A DNA stretch of 63,114 nt, filler included, from Lophium mytilinum (GCA_010093605.1; 6 parts of 3 records of this genome joined end to end with filler, not necessarily neighbours in it); one strand, 5' to 3'. Counted from the whole stretch's first letter, positions 11,380 through 25,589 are shown. The notes: generated from the letters alone by a model not told the origin. Numbers and translations are program-made.

Positions 11380-14300
11380 ATAGGTTAATAGAATATCGCG
11401 TGTTATTATATAACTATTTACCTATAGTATAAGAGTCTTACTAGAAAGCCTTTCTACTAGGGCCCTTTACTACTTATATTAAAAACGCCTATTATTACCT
11501 CTCTTTTTATATATATTACTACTATATACCTACTAGATAAGTATTTACGTACTATATAAGAGCCTAGCTAGAAGCCTTTCTACTAACGCCCTTTATATCT
11601 TATACTAATTACTTTACTACCTTTATTATTAATAACTCTTCTTTATAACGCCGCCCCTACTAGTCTACTTACTAATACTTAACTCTATATACTTCTTAGA
11701 ACTCTTCTACTTAAGCCTTATTCTTCTAGGCCTCTTACTCTAAGTTCTCTAAGTCCTCTATTTCTAAGCTATAGTTACCTAAACTCTCTTTATACTTATA
11801 CTTTTTATCTAATAACTAACTACCTATATCCCCCTCTTACTCTTTCTATATTACTAAATAATTCTAGAATTCTTTAATTATTAGAATTCTGCCTAAATAA
11901 ACCCTTAGGCTATTTAGTATATAGTACTTAAACCTAAGCTAAATATATTTTAGATTAACTTAACCCCTAGGGCCTATAGTATTATCCTCTATTATTATTA
12001 TCTTTAACTTTTTTAGGCTTTCCTAGGTTATATTCTATACTTTCTTTACAACTATATCTATGCTAAGATTAACTACCCCCCCTTAAGCCTATTCTTTAAT
12101 ATACTAGCTTAGTTAGGCTATTTTATAGTAGTAGCTATTTAGTAGTTATATATAGATCTACTATATATTTATAATTATATCTCTTCCCCTAATATTATCT
12201 TATATATCTTTAGAGTTATTTAGTTTAGCTTAACGCGTAGTTAAAATTTTATTATTATTATATTTTAAAAGAACCTAGAGTAATAATGCGGCTCTTACTT
12301 ATAGATTATTAAGGAATTATTCTACTATTTTTAGTAATGCTTTATTTCTAATTATTGTATTTAATCTTCGCAATTTTATATAGAAGGGACTATTATTCTA
12401 TTTTTAAGTTTCTATAGCTAGATCTATAATATTAAATAGCGGCTAGACTTAATTAATCTAGTATCTAGTTAAGTATATTAGATAATTTATATTACTATTT
12501 CTAGCTATATTCTATATATAGGCGTAGCTTACTATAAGTTCTAACTTTCTATATAGCCTTATAAGTATATTAAAATAAAGCGTAACTATAGATTTTTATA
12601 GAATACTCTTAAGAAATTAGTTATATAGTTCTTTACTCTTCTATTATATTTTAGTATTTCTATCTTCTTCTATATACTATCTACTTAGAAGCTTATATAT
12701 ATTAGTATAGTATACCTTAATAATAAGCGCAGCTGCCTTACCTATCTATAGTAGTGCTAATTGCTAATCTTTTTATACTCTAGTTCTATTTTCGCGTTAA
12801 ATAGCTAGCGTATACTATACTATAATACTATACTATAGATACTATATCTCTATATCCTTTTTAGTAAAAGATATCTAGATTTAAGCTTTAGTAAATATAG
12901 CTTAGAATTAATTCCTAAGGCTAGCTTATAGTTAATTAACGCCTTAAGGGCTAAGTTATAGAGGCGTTATTATCTAATCTAAGTACTCTAACTTTAGCTA
13001 ACCTATACTATACTTCTTAAGGGAGTCTAATAATCTAAGGCTATATAAGGTTATAGAATTCTAGAGGTTTTTTTAATTTATCTACTCTTTTTTCTATAGT
13101 ATAGATAATTAAGTAGAATTACTATATCTAGTAGTAATTTATATAAGGCGGATATAAAGAGATGCTAAATAACTATTTACTAGCTATTTATCTAGTATTA
13201 CTATATACCTAGTATTACACCCGGGGGTAACCTAAAGAGATAGTACCTAGAAAAGAAATACCTAGTAATTAAGGTTTATAATAGTAAAGGTATTAACTTC
13301 TTTTATAGAAAGAATCTAGTAGAGGTAATAAGGCTTACTACTATTATCTAGCCTATCCTTTATAGTAAATTTAGGACTTATACTTTCTTTAAGTTACTTA
13401 AGTATAGTAAAAAGTACTTAGAACTTAGTTTAAACCCTATAGAATAAGTATCTATCTCTCTAGAGTATAGTATAGTAGCGTTAGAAAATAGTAGTAAGAC
13501 TATTCTAAAGCTATTTTCTTTTTAATAATTCTCTAGAGCTACCTGCCGCTTTAAACTACTGCTTAATTATTTTAGTTAAGAATATAAGAGCTTCTAGTTA
13601 AGTATTATAAAAGGGCGTAATATTCTTAATAGATAACTTAAGTATAATCTTATTACTATTATAGATTTTATTATATACTATACTACTAATATAGCTATAG
13701 TTACCTACTTAAAGCTCTACTATTAGAGATAACGCGCCCTAGGTAAGATAGTAGAGGTATAATATTATATAAATCTTTTCTTTTCCGCTATTATAGAAGT
13801 AAGTAGTCTAGTAGTTATTATAGCTAGTTTTATATAGAAAGGTAACCCCGGTATCTAGCTAATTAGTAGTTAGAATATCTTTATATCTATAGTTAACCTA
13901 TATTCCCTTATCTAGTATATTAATTAGGTTTTTATTAAAAGTAGTAGTTAAAGTATATAGTAGCTAATCCCTACTTTAAATTATACTTAAGGACTTATAT
14001 ACTATTTTTAGATTATAATCTAAGACTACTAGAAATACTCCTTTAAATAAATCTTTAGGTATAGTATCTATTCCTATAAAGTTTTCTATATTATAAAGAA
14101 CTTAGTTCTAGAATTCTTAGAGTTAATACTATAGAATTATATACTTAGTATTAATATAAGAGTCTCTAGATAATATTATATATTTTTCTTTCTTAATACT
14201 TACTTTACTCTATATAATATTAAAACTATATAGTATATACTACTACTTATTAGATGTTAGAGTATACTTTACTACAGGTAAGATAATATTATTAAGCTAA

Positions 14301-14574
14301 GCTACTTATATTATATCTAGTAGATATAAAGTATTACCCTTCTACTTATTTAGTATTAGCATCTAGAGGAAAAATATATAAGTTTTAAATTAATACTTAT
14401 ACCTATACCCTATATAAAGCTGCTTTATTATATAGAGCTTATAGCCGCGTATTATAATGCGTTAGTTTTAAGTAATACTTTAGAGAAAGAATAGTTATAG
14501 AGATAGTAAGAAGTATAAATTATAGGCCGCTAAAGTAGAGATACTAATAATAACGCTATTAATATTATATACTT
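11380..14574 (-). pseudogene. 3' part of the long unknown-function gene (see 45540-50928), copy A
   Basis: Colinear with 45540-48735. Minus-strand frame with an acidic tract near 11700-11850 and two palindrome-bearing introns near its end. Confidence 0.6.
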
Positions 14575-14674
14575 NNNNNNNNNNNNNNNNNNNNNNNNNN
14601 NNNNNNNNNNNNNNNNNNTTAATTAATTAANNNNNNNNNNNNNNNNNNNNNNNNNNNNNNNNNNNNNNNNNNNN

Positions 14675-16567
14675 TATATAATTAAATACTTCTATTTATA
14701 TAATTACCTCTTCTATTATATTACCTTAGACTAGAGCTTATACTTATATACTTATATTAACTTCTACTAATTACTATACGCGCGCTGCTACCTTCTACTA
14801 TTATTTCTAGATAGTATTTTCTATACTATTAGAATAGTAGTTAGTTAAGAGATTATAGACTTTATATTCTATATTATTAGATAGATAGCTAGCTAAGTTA
14901 AAGGCCCTAATAGAGGTATTAATATTATAATATATAGCTATCCCCTTATTACTAACTTTATTTCTAGTTAGATAACCTACTTAGGCGTAAATAACCTACT
15001 AGCTATCTCCTCTAGCTATAGTATATATCCCTTTTCTATATTATCTATAATAAACGCCTCTATCTTTACTAACTAAATTATGCAACCTTAAGCTATTATA
15101 TCCTTCTCTTTCTTAGCCTAAAATACTCTCTTTACTACTATTTAGGCCTTCTTTCTATAATTCTAGCCCTCTATTAGTTACTATACTATAAGTAGTTATA
15201 TACTATATTATAGAGTACTTCTCTATAGTAAAGAGGTCTCTAGATAGAAAAATAGAAGAGTAGTCTACTAGTAGTAAATTCCCCCCCTATAGAATCTATA
15301 TACTTAGTTAGAATATTTAGCTATATAGCTATACTTCTAGTTCTAATAATAGCTATAGTTTAAATAACTCTATACTACCTATATATAGGGATATTAAGCT
15401 ATCTATATTCTAGTCTAGTAAGATAGTATAAGATTATAATAAGACCCTATCTTAGAGTAGTATAGTTCTAGTCTAGTTTTCTTAGTAAGGCGGGCTATAG
15501 AATAGTCTAATTATAAATTAGATTAGCTAGGTATATAGACTCTTATACTATCTAAGTTCTCTACCTTTTATAGTTTTATACTCTTATCTCTTATATAACT
15601 TTTATATTCTTTTTAACTTTTTCTATAGCTTTAATCTCTTACTTATTTATTTTATTACGCAGGTATTTATAACTAGTAGAGGCTAATATAGGTATAGGTA
15701 GAAGAATAGTATAGTACTAGCTAGAGTAGATAGATATAGAAGTATTATCTATCTATATTAGCTATATTAATTAAAATTATTATATATATTTAATATACTA
15801 TTTAGCTAAGGCTTAATAATTAGAGTAATATAGTCTAGTTCTCTTAATAAACTCTAATATACTATTACTATATACTAGTCTACCTTATTCTTAATTAGAA
15901 ACTTAAGATTATTTATAATATAGTAATATATAGTTTCGCGTTCTATATTAAGACTAAATATTATATTTAACCTAGTAATAAGTATACTAAATTTAGGGGC
16001 TAGTATTACTAGTATACTCTTTAGTAGTATAGATAGTATAAGTTTATATACTAGTATAATATAGGTAGCCTTACTACCTAGCCGCTTTACTAATATTAAC
16101 TTTATTTCTATATGCGCTAAACTATAGTAGTATTTAGAGTATAGTAAAGTTCTATTTTATTTAGTAGGTAGAGTATCTATAGAATTAGAATAATAAAATG
16201 CGTTAATATAATCTTATCTTTTCTTATTATAGTTATATTACTATGCAAGTTTTAATATCTACTTATATTCTTCTTTAAGTAGAATATATAAAAGTATTTT
16301 AGAAAACTTCTTTATAATATTTATTATTATAGATTATACTATCCCCCTAATTATCTTTAAGTAGAGAGATCTACCTAGTAGGTCTACTAATCTTATTTTA
16401 GTCTCTATTATAGTATATAGCGTATTATATTTATAGGCGCTAATATTAAGGCCCTATATAAGCTTACTTCTAGAGTCTAGCTTAAGATTATTAGGTATTA
16501 GAGACTAGCCTTATTTATCTAATAATATAATAGTTTAATAATTCTTAGAGTATAGAAGAAGTAGAAA
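14675..16567 (-). repeat. RIP-degraded host segment Z (continues at 33064-34209; uninterrupted paralogue at 34220-~36545)
   Basis: 15294-16567 joined to 33064-34113 aligns continuously to 34220-36545, differing only by transitions. Minus-strand coding-like frames, family not recognised. Confidence 0.85.
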
Positions 16568-16767
16568 TATTATAGCTATATATTTATGCATAATATATAA
16601 CTAGAGGTTACGTAATAGAGGCTCTATAGAATAGATAAATATTACTCTACCCTTTAGGTTATTATAATATCTATTCTAGAAACCTCTTTCTCTCTTATAT
16701 TTATCTTTTATTAATATTAATACTATCTAATCTAATAATTCCAACGTTCTAACCTTAAGCCCTAATA
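16568..16767 (+). repeat. 5' LTR of element X
   Basis: tatta...taata ends (RIP form of TG...CA); matches 24797-24938 + 33001-33058. Confidence 0.95.
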
Positions 16768-17555
16768 TAAGATAAATACCCTTCTAGCTTCTAGAAGTAA
16801 TAGAAGTACCTCTAGAAATTTTCTATAATAGAGTACGCTCTTATAATAAGCTATAGAATACCTATATCTTTCTATATAGTAACTATTAGTAGAGTTATAG
16901 ACCCCTAATAAAGACTATACTAATATAGTATTCTATTAGTAGCGCCGCAGGCCCCTAATAAAGTAATCTAGCTATTATATATAAAGCTAAATAGTAGACC
17001 TTATAACTATAGCAGCGCTTATAATAAGCCCCTATAATAGAGAGGTAGTAGTAGTACTCTAGAAAGTTCTTACTAATTCTTATCTATTACTTTAATAGCT
17101 CTATAACTCTTTCTTTTATCTATTTTACTATTATTATATAGAGACTAATGCCCGGAAAGCTTAGTATTAATAATAGTGCGTGCGCGCGCCTAGTGTTACT
17201 AACTAATTACTATAGCCACATAGAGACTAACGCCCGGAAAGCTTAGTATTAATAATAGCTAGCCTACGCGTATACTTAGTATTATAGAATAAATATCTAT
17301 AGACTATCTATTTTCTATATACTATCTATTTTCTATATACTATCTATTTTATAAATAGACTACCTAATATTATTATTTACTATAGCCCCTCTAATAACGC
17401 CGCAACTAACTATAATAGGCGCTAGTTTCTTAAGCCTTCTATACCGCTGGTGCGCGTAGTAAATAACTAAAATTTATTAATAATTTATATATAAATTTAA
17501 TACCTTACCTTTTTAAGTTTTCTTTCTTCTATACTAACTTTTTCTACCTTCTTAT

Positions 17556-20070
17556 ATAGCTAACTCTAACCGCTATACCTTTAACCGCGCTAAAGCCCTA
17601 TAGTTTAGTAACTCCGTCTCTAGTAGACGCTCTACTGCTAAACGCCTATTTAGTAACGCTAATAGCATTTCTATTAACCCCCGCCGCATTAGTATTATAT
17701 TATATTAAGAAGGCGCCTTTAACCTGCAGTACCTTTTTATAGGAAATAATAATAATAATATAATATAGATTAATTACGGCCTATAGCCTTCTCTTATTTA
17801 GCTAGTAAATCTACCCTTCTAAGGCGCTATTTAGTTCTAGTTATAGATATTAGCTGCTACTTCTTAGCTATTAATTAGACTAATTTCTTCTATAATACCC
17901 GCTAAGCTCTAATATTATTAAAATAAGTTTAGTACCTTAGGTAAACCCCTACTAGCTACTCTAGCTCCTCTAGTAGAGACTATAGTAGAAAATACTATAC
18001 TTTTACTCTTCCGCGTTAGTAGCTATATACTAGGCGACTTTAATTTACCTATTTTTAATAATATAACCGCCGCCTATAATAAGAACTTCTTCTCTAACTT
18101 TAATTTAGCCGATAAATATAACTATTAGAAGGAAGAATATTAGTTTAGTAATAACGCGGATAATAAGGTTAATAAACTTAAGACAGCCTATTAAGGCGTT
18201 ACTATTAATACTTTTAATACTATAGTATACTATAATACTATTTCTAAGCTATATTAGTCCCGCAACTCTAAATATCTAAGAATACTATCTATTTATAGTA
18301 TTTTCTTACCTAATATATCTCTATTATAATATTAATCCACCCGCGTTAAATCTATTACTAGACTTAATACTTCTAACCTAGCCTAGTAAGTAGCGGGTAT
18401 AGAATAGAGTAATAGATACTATACTATAATTTATATAGAGAACTATTAGCAGTTATATCTTATAATTATATAGCGCGCTAATAGCTCTATCTTTAAGATG
18501 CGCTATAGAGACGGCGTCTACTAATAATATAAACTATAAGGTCTATAGAACCTTATTAAAGATATCTAACTTATACTAGAATAGTAGTAGAACTATATTA
18601 TAATAGCTTACTAAGATAGTAATAACTATAAGTATAGAATAAATATTACTACCTAAGAATAGAATACTACTAACGCTAATATTAAGAAGCTAAATAAAAA
18701 GTATTTACTTACTAATAGTAAACTTACTAAGCTCTAGACGCAGGTCTACACCCTTAACTATAAACTTAAGTCTAAGTAAATAGAGTTAGCCTGCATACAA
18801 CACCTATATAATAAAAAGTATGCTAACTTCTAGGCCTAAACTCTTTAGCTTAATAATCTAGAAGCTAAATACTAACAGGCCTTAACGCGGATTACCTAGC
18901 TTAAAGCTTAAGTCTAATAGAATATATTAGTAGAACAACCTAATAATCTATACACGGATAAATACTCTAATTATAATTCTACTAATAATACTTCTCCTCT
19001 ACTACTAGTAGGACTATATACTCTTAACCTAGATAACTTTTAACGTAACTATATTCTAGGTTAATACTTTACTATAGCTAGAGGAGAAGAGGGTAACCTA
19101 GATCTAAGTTAACTAGGCGGTTTTACTTAGCTATAGGTCTATAGGCCCGCCTATTCTTAATTTAGATAAGGCTCTTAACCTAAGTATACCTATTTATAAG
19201 ATTTTAAATTAGAAGCTATAGTATATACGGCCTAGAAGAACTACCTAATCTACTTAATCTAAGTAGACTAGTAGACTTACCCTACTACTATAACTTAAAT
19301 TTAACTTACTATTAGTTATTATAAGGAACGCGCATATAAAGTTATTAAGAACTATAGTCTTCTTATATCTACTAATCTATATTATTTACTTAAGAAACTT
19401 ATATAGAACCTAGACGCTATATTCTAAGAAAGTAACGCCGTCTATTATAATTGCCTTCTTAACTAACTTAATAGTAAGGGTATAAAATAGAGATANNNNN
19501 NNNNNNNNNNNNNNNNNNNNNNNNNNNNNNNNNNNNNNNNNNNNNNNNNNNNNNNNNNNNNNNNNNNNNNNNNNNNNNNNNNNNNNNNNNNNNNNNNNNN
19601 NNNNNNNNNNNNNNNNNNNNNNNNNNNNNNNNNNNNNNNNNNNNNNNNNNNNNNNNNNNNNNNNNNNNNNNNNNNNNNNNNNNNNNNNNNNNNNNNNNNN
19701 NNNNNNNNNNNNNNNNNNNNNNNNNNNNNNNNNNNNNNNNNNNNNNNNNNNNNNNNNNNNNNNNNNNNNNNNNNNNNNNNNNNNNNNNNNNNNNNNNNNN
19801 NNNNNNNNNNNNNNNNNNNNNNNNNNNNNNNNNNNNNNNNNNNNNNNNNNNNNNNNNNNNNNNNNNNNNNNNNNNNNNNNNNNNNNNNNNNNNNNNNNNN
19901 NNNNNNNNNNNNNNNNNNNNNNNNNNNNNNNNNNNNNNNNNNNNNNNNNNNNNNNNNNNNNNNNNNNNNNNNNNNNNNNNNNNNNNNNNNNNNNNNNNNN
20001 NNNNNNNNNNNNNNNNNNNNNNNNNNNNNNNNNNNNNNNNNNNNNCTTAATCTCTAATAAAAGTTATTAT
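17556..20070 (+). pseudogene. gag: gag-side ORF region of element X with a long N-terminal extension (partly in gap)
   Basis: Coding-like frame from an ATA (probable RIP-mutated ATG) near 17556, with a coiled-coil-like Q/E/K/L stretch at ~18540-18920. It lies between the 5' LTR and the protease; no diagnostic gag motif was read. Confidence 0.55.
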
Positions 20071-20099
20071 TAGAGATAGTTAGAAGACACGCTAGCTTA

Positions 20100-23000
20100 A
20101 GTTCTTATATATATTTAAGAGCTTAAGCTACCTCCTCTAAAACTATTTAATATTAAGCTCTCCGCATACGCTATTAGTCTTACTTCTCTCTCTAGTAAGT
20201 AAATAGACTTTAACTATAAGATTATTACTTTAACTAGAATAGTTAAATTAACTATTCTTATAGACTCTAGATATAGTAGCTTTATATTTATTTCTATAAG
20301 CTTTATAAAAGAGTATAAGCTTAATATCTATAAAGCTACTCTGCGTAATATTAAACTACTAAATAGTTCTATATTAGTTATTAATAAAGTAGCTAAAGTT
20401 ACTATATAGATTAAAGGCTACTATAATAAGTTCTAGGCCCTAATCTATAACCTTAAGGGCTATAATATTATTCTAGGTATAGGCTAGCTTATAATATACA
20501 ACGCCTATATAAAGTTTAGCACCTAAATAATATAACTAGATTTAGACTACTACTATTCTTAATGCCTAGTTAATTATAAACTAGTCTACGTTTAGTCTAA
20601 AGACCCTATCGCCCGCATAGATAAGCGCCTATTTTAATAGAAACTTAATACCTAGCTTGCTGCCTTTAAAGTACTTAATATTAATATAGTATCTAGTAAT
20701 AAATATTTATATAACTTTTAGTAGTTACTAGAGAAAGATACTATCTATATATAGCCTAAATACTTTAAACTAGTACTTACTAATAAGAAAGCTAAAGCTT
20801 AGGCGCGCGCTAATAAACGCCTATATAAATCTAGTAATATTATCTTAGATCTAGCTAATTTTATAAATAACCTAGCAGCTATTAGTCTCTACGCAATATT
20901 AAAAGACAACTAACGGAAATTCTTTAAGAAGATAGAGTATAAACTAATAACCCGCAATAAACTTAAAGTATTAGTATCTATAGAATATTACAGCTTTCTT
21001 AATATATAGGACCTAAAGAAAGCTAATAAGCTACTACCGCGTTAAAAAGTAAAAGATAGTATAGATATTAACTACTATATTAATATTAAACTAGAAATAA
21101 AGGCACTAGCATATAAAGTCTATAGACTTTTACGGGATAAGATACTAGTTATTAAAATATTTATTAATAAGATATATAGTAAAGGCTATATTAGAAAAAG
21201 TAATAGTTAGTATACTACTCTAGTTATTATTATTTATAAACTTAGAGGAGGCCTTTATATTTATATTAACTACTATAGCCTTAATACTATTACTATTAAG
21301 GCCTGTAACATTCTACTAGCTATAAAGAATACTTTAGTATTACTAAAATACACTTACTACTATACTAAATTTAATGTTATTACTACCTTTAACGTAATTA
21401 GAATGCGTGAAGAAGATAAGAAGTATATAGCCTTTCTTACTAGATATAGCCTATTTAAATTTACTATTCTACCTTTTAGCTTATATAATACCCTAGCAAT
21501 ATTTTAAGCCTTTATTAATAATATCCTCTTAGAATATTTAGATAATTTCTATATAGCCTACCTTAATAATATCCTTATCTTTAGTAAAACGCTTAAAGAA
21601 TATATTAGTTATATTAAGAAAGTTCTTTAATAACTTTATAAAGCTAGCCTATTTCTTAATATTATAAAATGCAAGTTCTATAGATAGAAGGTTAAATATC
21701 TAGGTATTATTATTAGCGTTAACAGCCTTAAGATGGACCTAGCTAAAGTTAAAATAGTTATTAACTAGCTATAACTATAGAACCTCCGCAATGTATAAGC
21801 TTTTCTAGGTTTCTATAACTTCTACTAATAATTTATTATTGCCTATTCTAATATTGCAGGGCCGCTTACTAGACTTACTAGAGTAGAGGTTTATAAGTAG
21901 TTTACCTTTCTATAGTAGAAAGGTAGCTTAGAGAACTTCTTCTTTAAGTAGATAAAATAAGCGTTTATTAACGCTTCTTAAATAGCCTACTTTAACCTAG
22001 ATTTAGAAACTTAGGTAGAATATAATATATCTAATACTATTATAGCTACTATACTATCTTAAATATAAGCTAATAGCGTTCTCTATTCTATCGCGTTTAT
22101 ATCTTACTAAATAAGTGCAGCCTAACTAAATTATTAAATTTATAATAAAGAACTTCTAGTAATTATCCGCGCCTTTAAAGAATAGTATATAGAACTTACT
22201 AGTTATAGCTATAGTAACTCTATTAAAGTTCTTTTAGACTACTAGATATTATAGTACTTTATAGAAACTAAGTAGCTTAATTATAGATAAGCTAGATAGG
22301 CTAAATTTCTTTTAGAGTTTAACTTCCGGATTACTTATAGGCTAGGTAAGAATAATAGTAAGGCTAATTTACTAACTAGGCGCCTAGGTAATATACTAGA
22401 TTAGAATAATAAGCACTATAAAATCTAGTAATAAACTATCCTTAAGAACTATAATCTTAAATCTAGCATACGCTACGCTATTAAACTAGCTTATATTATA
22501 ACTAATAGCGTTACCTATAGTATAGTATCCCTAATAGTAATAATATATAATCTTAGTAAAGTAAAACTTAATTAGGGAGAGTCTTAGAGTAACCCTAATA
22601 AAGAACTACTAGAGTTACTAAGTAGATAGGGGGAGTTATAGAATAACCCTACTAATAGTATAGTAGAGTAAGATATTATAGATTATATATAAGACGCCCT
22701 TACTACTAATATAGTTAGTAACGCTATTAAGAATACTATTAGAGCTAAGCTATACCGCCTACCTACTAATATTATTAAAAACTACGGCGTTAAACTTAAG
22801 CTCTATAATTATATAATCTATAATAGCCTTATATTTATTTAGAAGAACCGCTTATATATTTCTACTAAAGAAGAACTCTAATTAGCTATTATTAAAAGCC
22901 TATATAAACCCCTGCTAGTTAGTTATAGTAGAACTATATCTACCTATAACTATATTTTAATATATTACTTCTAGCTATAAATAACCTCTAATATTAACTA

Positions 23001-24250
23001 CTATATTAAGGCTTACTAGCCGTGTAACTATATTAAACACGTATATAAGGTAAAATAAGGCTTTCTTAAGCTACTCTCTATCTCTAAGTAATACTAGACT
23101 AATCTAATAGTAGACTTTATTAGCCCTCTACTAAAATACTTATAATTTAGACGGGACTATTAATATATTATAGTAGTTATTAATAGGCTCTCTAAGATAT
23201 ATAAGTTTATCCCTATAGTTACTATAGACGCTAAGAAAGTTGCCTAAGCCTTTTTTAAATAGGTATAGCGCACTAAAGAATATCTATAGTCTATTATTTT
23301 TAATAGAGGAATATAATTTATCTTAACCTTCTAGTTCTATCTATATAAGTGTATTAGAATAAAACTAAAGCTTTCTACTATATTTTATTCTAAAATAGAT
23401 AGATAAATAGAAGTTACTAATATAGGCCTAAAGTAATACCTTAGGGCTTATATTAACTACTAATAAGATAACTAGTATAACTTTCTTACTATTACTAAGT
23501 TTAAAGCTAACTTAGTAAAGAATATATCTACTAAAGTAGCCCCCTTTATAGCTACTAAGGGTTATATTTCTAGTATAGGCACCGCACTAGCCGCGTAATT
23601 ACCTAATAAAAATACGCCGATAGCTTATCTTATAAAACTCGCAGATAAATTTATTACTAGAATAGATAAATTACGCGCGTTCCTCTATATAGAAATTAAA
23701 TAGGCCTAAGCTAAGTAAAAGAAATATACTAATATAGAATAATAACTAGCTTATATATATTACCTAGGTAATTAAGTTATATTAGATAGGCGCTTTATTA
23801 AAACTACGCGCCTAAATAAAAAGCTTAACTTTAAGAAGCTAGGCCCTTTTAAGATTCTAGAGAGCTATAAAAATAGAAGCGTATATAAGCTTAACCTACT
23901 AAAAGGTATAGAGAATATCTATCTAGTATTCTACCTTTAGCTTCTCTATCTAGCTAACACTATTTCTATGTAAAAATAATATAATTCTAAGCCTCCCCCT
24001 ATTAAAATAATACCTATATACTAGAAAGGCAATACTAAAGAGGTTATAGATAGCCGCCTTAATAGAAGATATCTTAATTCTACTACTAGAAAAAGAGGCA
24101 TGCTATAATATAAGATTAAGTTTATTAGATAGAATAATAAGCCCTAATAGAATAACTATAATTACGCTAATAGTTACCTATATCTTATTATAGATTTCTA
24201 CTATAGGTACTTTAAGAAACTAGGCCTCTACCTATTATTCTAACTACTAT
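20100..24250 (+). pseudogene. pol: pol of element X: protease, RT, RNase H, integrase, chromodomain
   Basis: RIP-reversed motifs: IDSGCS (~20260), GYDVILGMGWL (~20460), GGLRICVDYRGLN (~21247), PFGLCNAPATFQ, AYLDDILIFS (YLDD at 21559-21570), DAS and YDKELL (22020-22160), HHCC (~22920-23030), SDRG, TAFHPETDGQTE (~23375-23415), KLGPF (~23835), chromodomain YKIKF..W...DFH.RY..KPGP (~24040-24230). Confidence 0.95.
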
Positions 24251-25589
24251 TAGACTAGAAGCTAACCTTAGCTACTATTTTTACCGCTATAGACCTCTAT
24301 ATAACTAATATTATAGAAGCTATATAATTTAATTACTAGACTAGTAGTTAAATTAATTTATTAAGAAGGCCTAACTATAGATATATATAATAATTAATAC
24401 GGAATAGTATAGATTATTATAAGTACCTAGTAGTAGGCTAGTAGCTATAAAGGCTATATAGCTTCTTATAGCTCTATTATAGCTGGCCCTAGTTTAAATA
24501 AATAATAAGATAGTAATACTATATATAGTAATACTATATATAGTAATACTAGTAGACTAATAAAGTAGCTATATAATACTATACTAAATAGTAAGGCTAT
24601 AGAAGGCTATATAAAATAGAAAGAATAAGTAATTCTCTATAAATTAATTTATTTTCTTTATTTAAAATTATAATTATAGTATAACCTAGTACTTTATTTA
24701 ATAAATATTTAAGTAATTATAGATACTCTAGTATAGAAAGAACTCTCTTATAAGAAGAAAGCTTTAATTAGGGGGCTTTATTAAAGGGGGGAGATATATT
24801 ATAGCTATATATTTATATATAATATATAACTAGAGGTTATATAATAGAGGCTCTATAGAATAAATAAATATTACTCCGCCCTTTAGGTTATTATAATATC
24901 TATTCTAGGAACCTCTTTCTCTCTTATATTTATCTTTTTATTAAGAACGTGGTGTAAAAAGGTGTCTATTACTAGCTAGCAGGCGTAGCCTTAAGGGCTA
25001 CGCGGGCGTCGGCGTATAGAACGCCGGCGTCCGGCTAGGTGTACACGTGTACGTCCGTTATATGCTGTATACTAGAGCCTATTATCTATAGAACTATAAT
25101 AACTGCCCTAAATAGAAAAGACGTTATTATCCTTAATAACTACCTATCTAAGCTATCTACTAATTTCTAGACAATAGCGTTCTAAGAGCGCTTGTAATGA
25201 TAGGCGCGTAGGTAATAATAGACGGTGGCGTAGAAGATAATAGTAACCGGGAGAGAGCCCTAACGGCTCCGTTAAAGTTATAAAAATAGGCAGCTTTATA
25301 GAAGTTATAAAGAGAAGTTATAAAAGAGTGCAGCTTTATAGCTTTATAGAAGTTATAGAAGACTATAGCTTTATAGAAGTTATAGAAGTTATAGAAGACT
25401 ATAGCTTTATAGAAGTTATAAATAGAAGTTATAAAAGACTATAGCTTTGTAGCTAAGATTATAGCGGGCGGTAGATATATAGATAACTAGTAAAGCTTAG
25501 ACAGCTAGTAAAGCTATAGAGGGCTATAAAGATTATATAGATGGCCGCGATTAAGCTCTAGTAATAACTAGATTAGTAGAGTTTACTAA

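Larger units (their letters stand above)
4799..14574 (-). repeat. Subtelomeric multi-gene repeat, copy A (most RIP-damaged; probably continues through the 3924-4798 gap to the 60-bp array)
   Basis: 5597 onward aligns to 52524 onward (offset ~46927), and 7400-14574 aligns to copy B (offset ~34084-34160). The same 33-bp palindrome also occurs at 622-654, 715-747 and 5238-5270. Confidence 0.95.

Noticed and set aside
14619..14630. ttaattaattaa inside N runs (also 38762-38773, 41429-41440, 50548-50559, 61058-61069)
   Set aside because: Artificial six-frame-stop linker marking gaps of unknown size; not biological, and adjacency across these gaps is uncertain.
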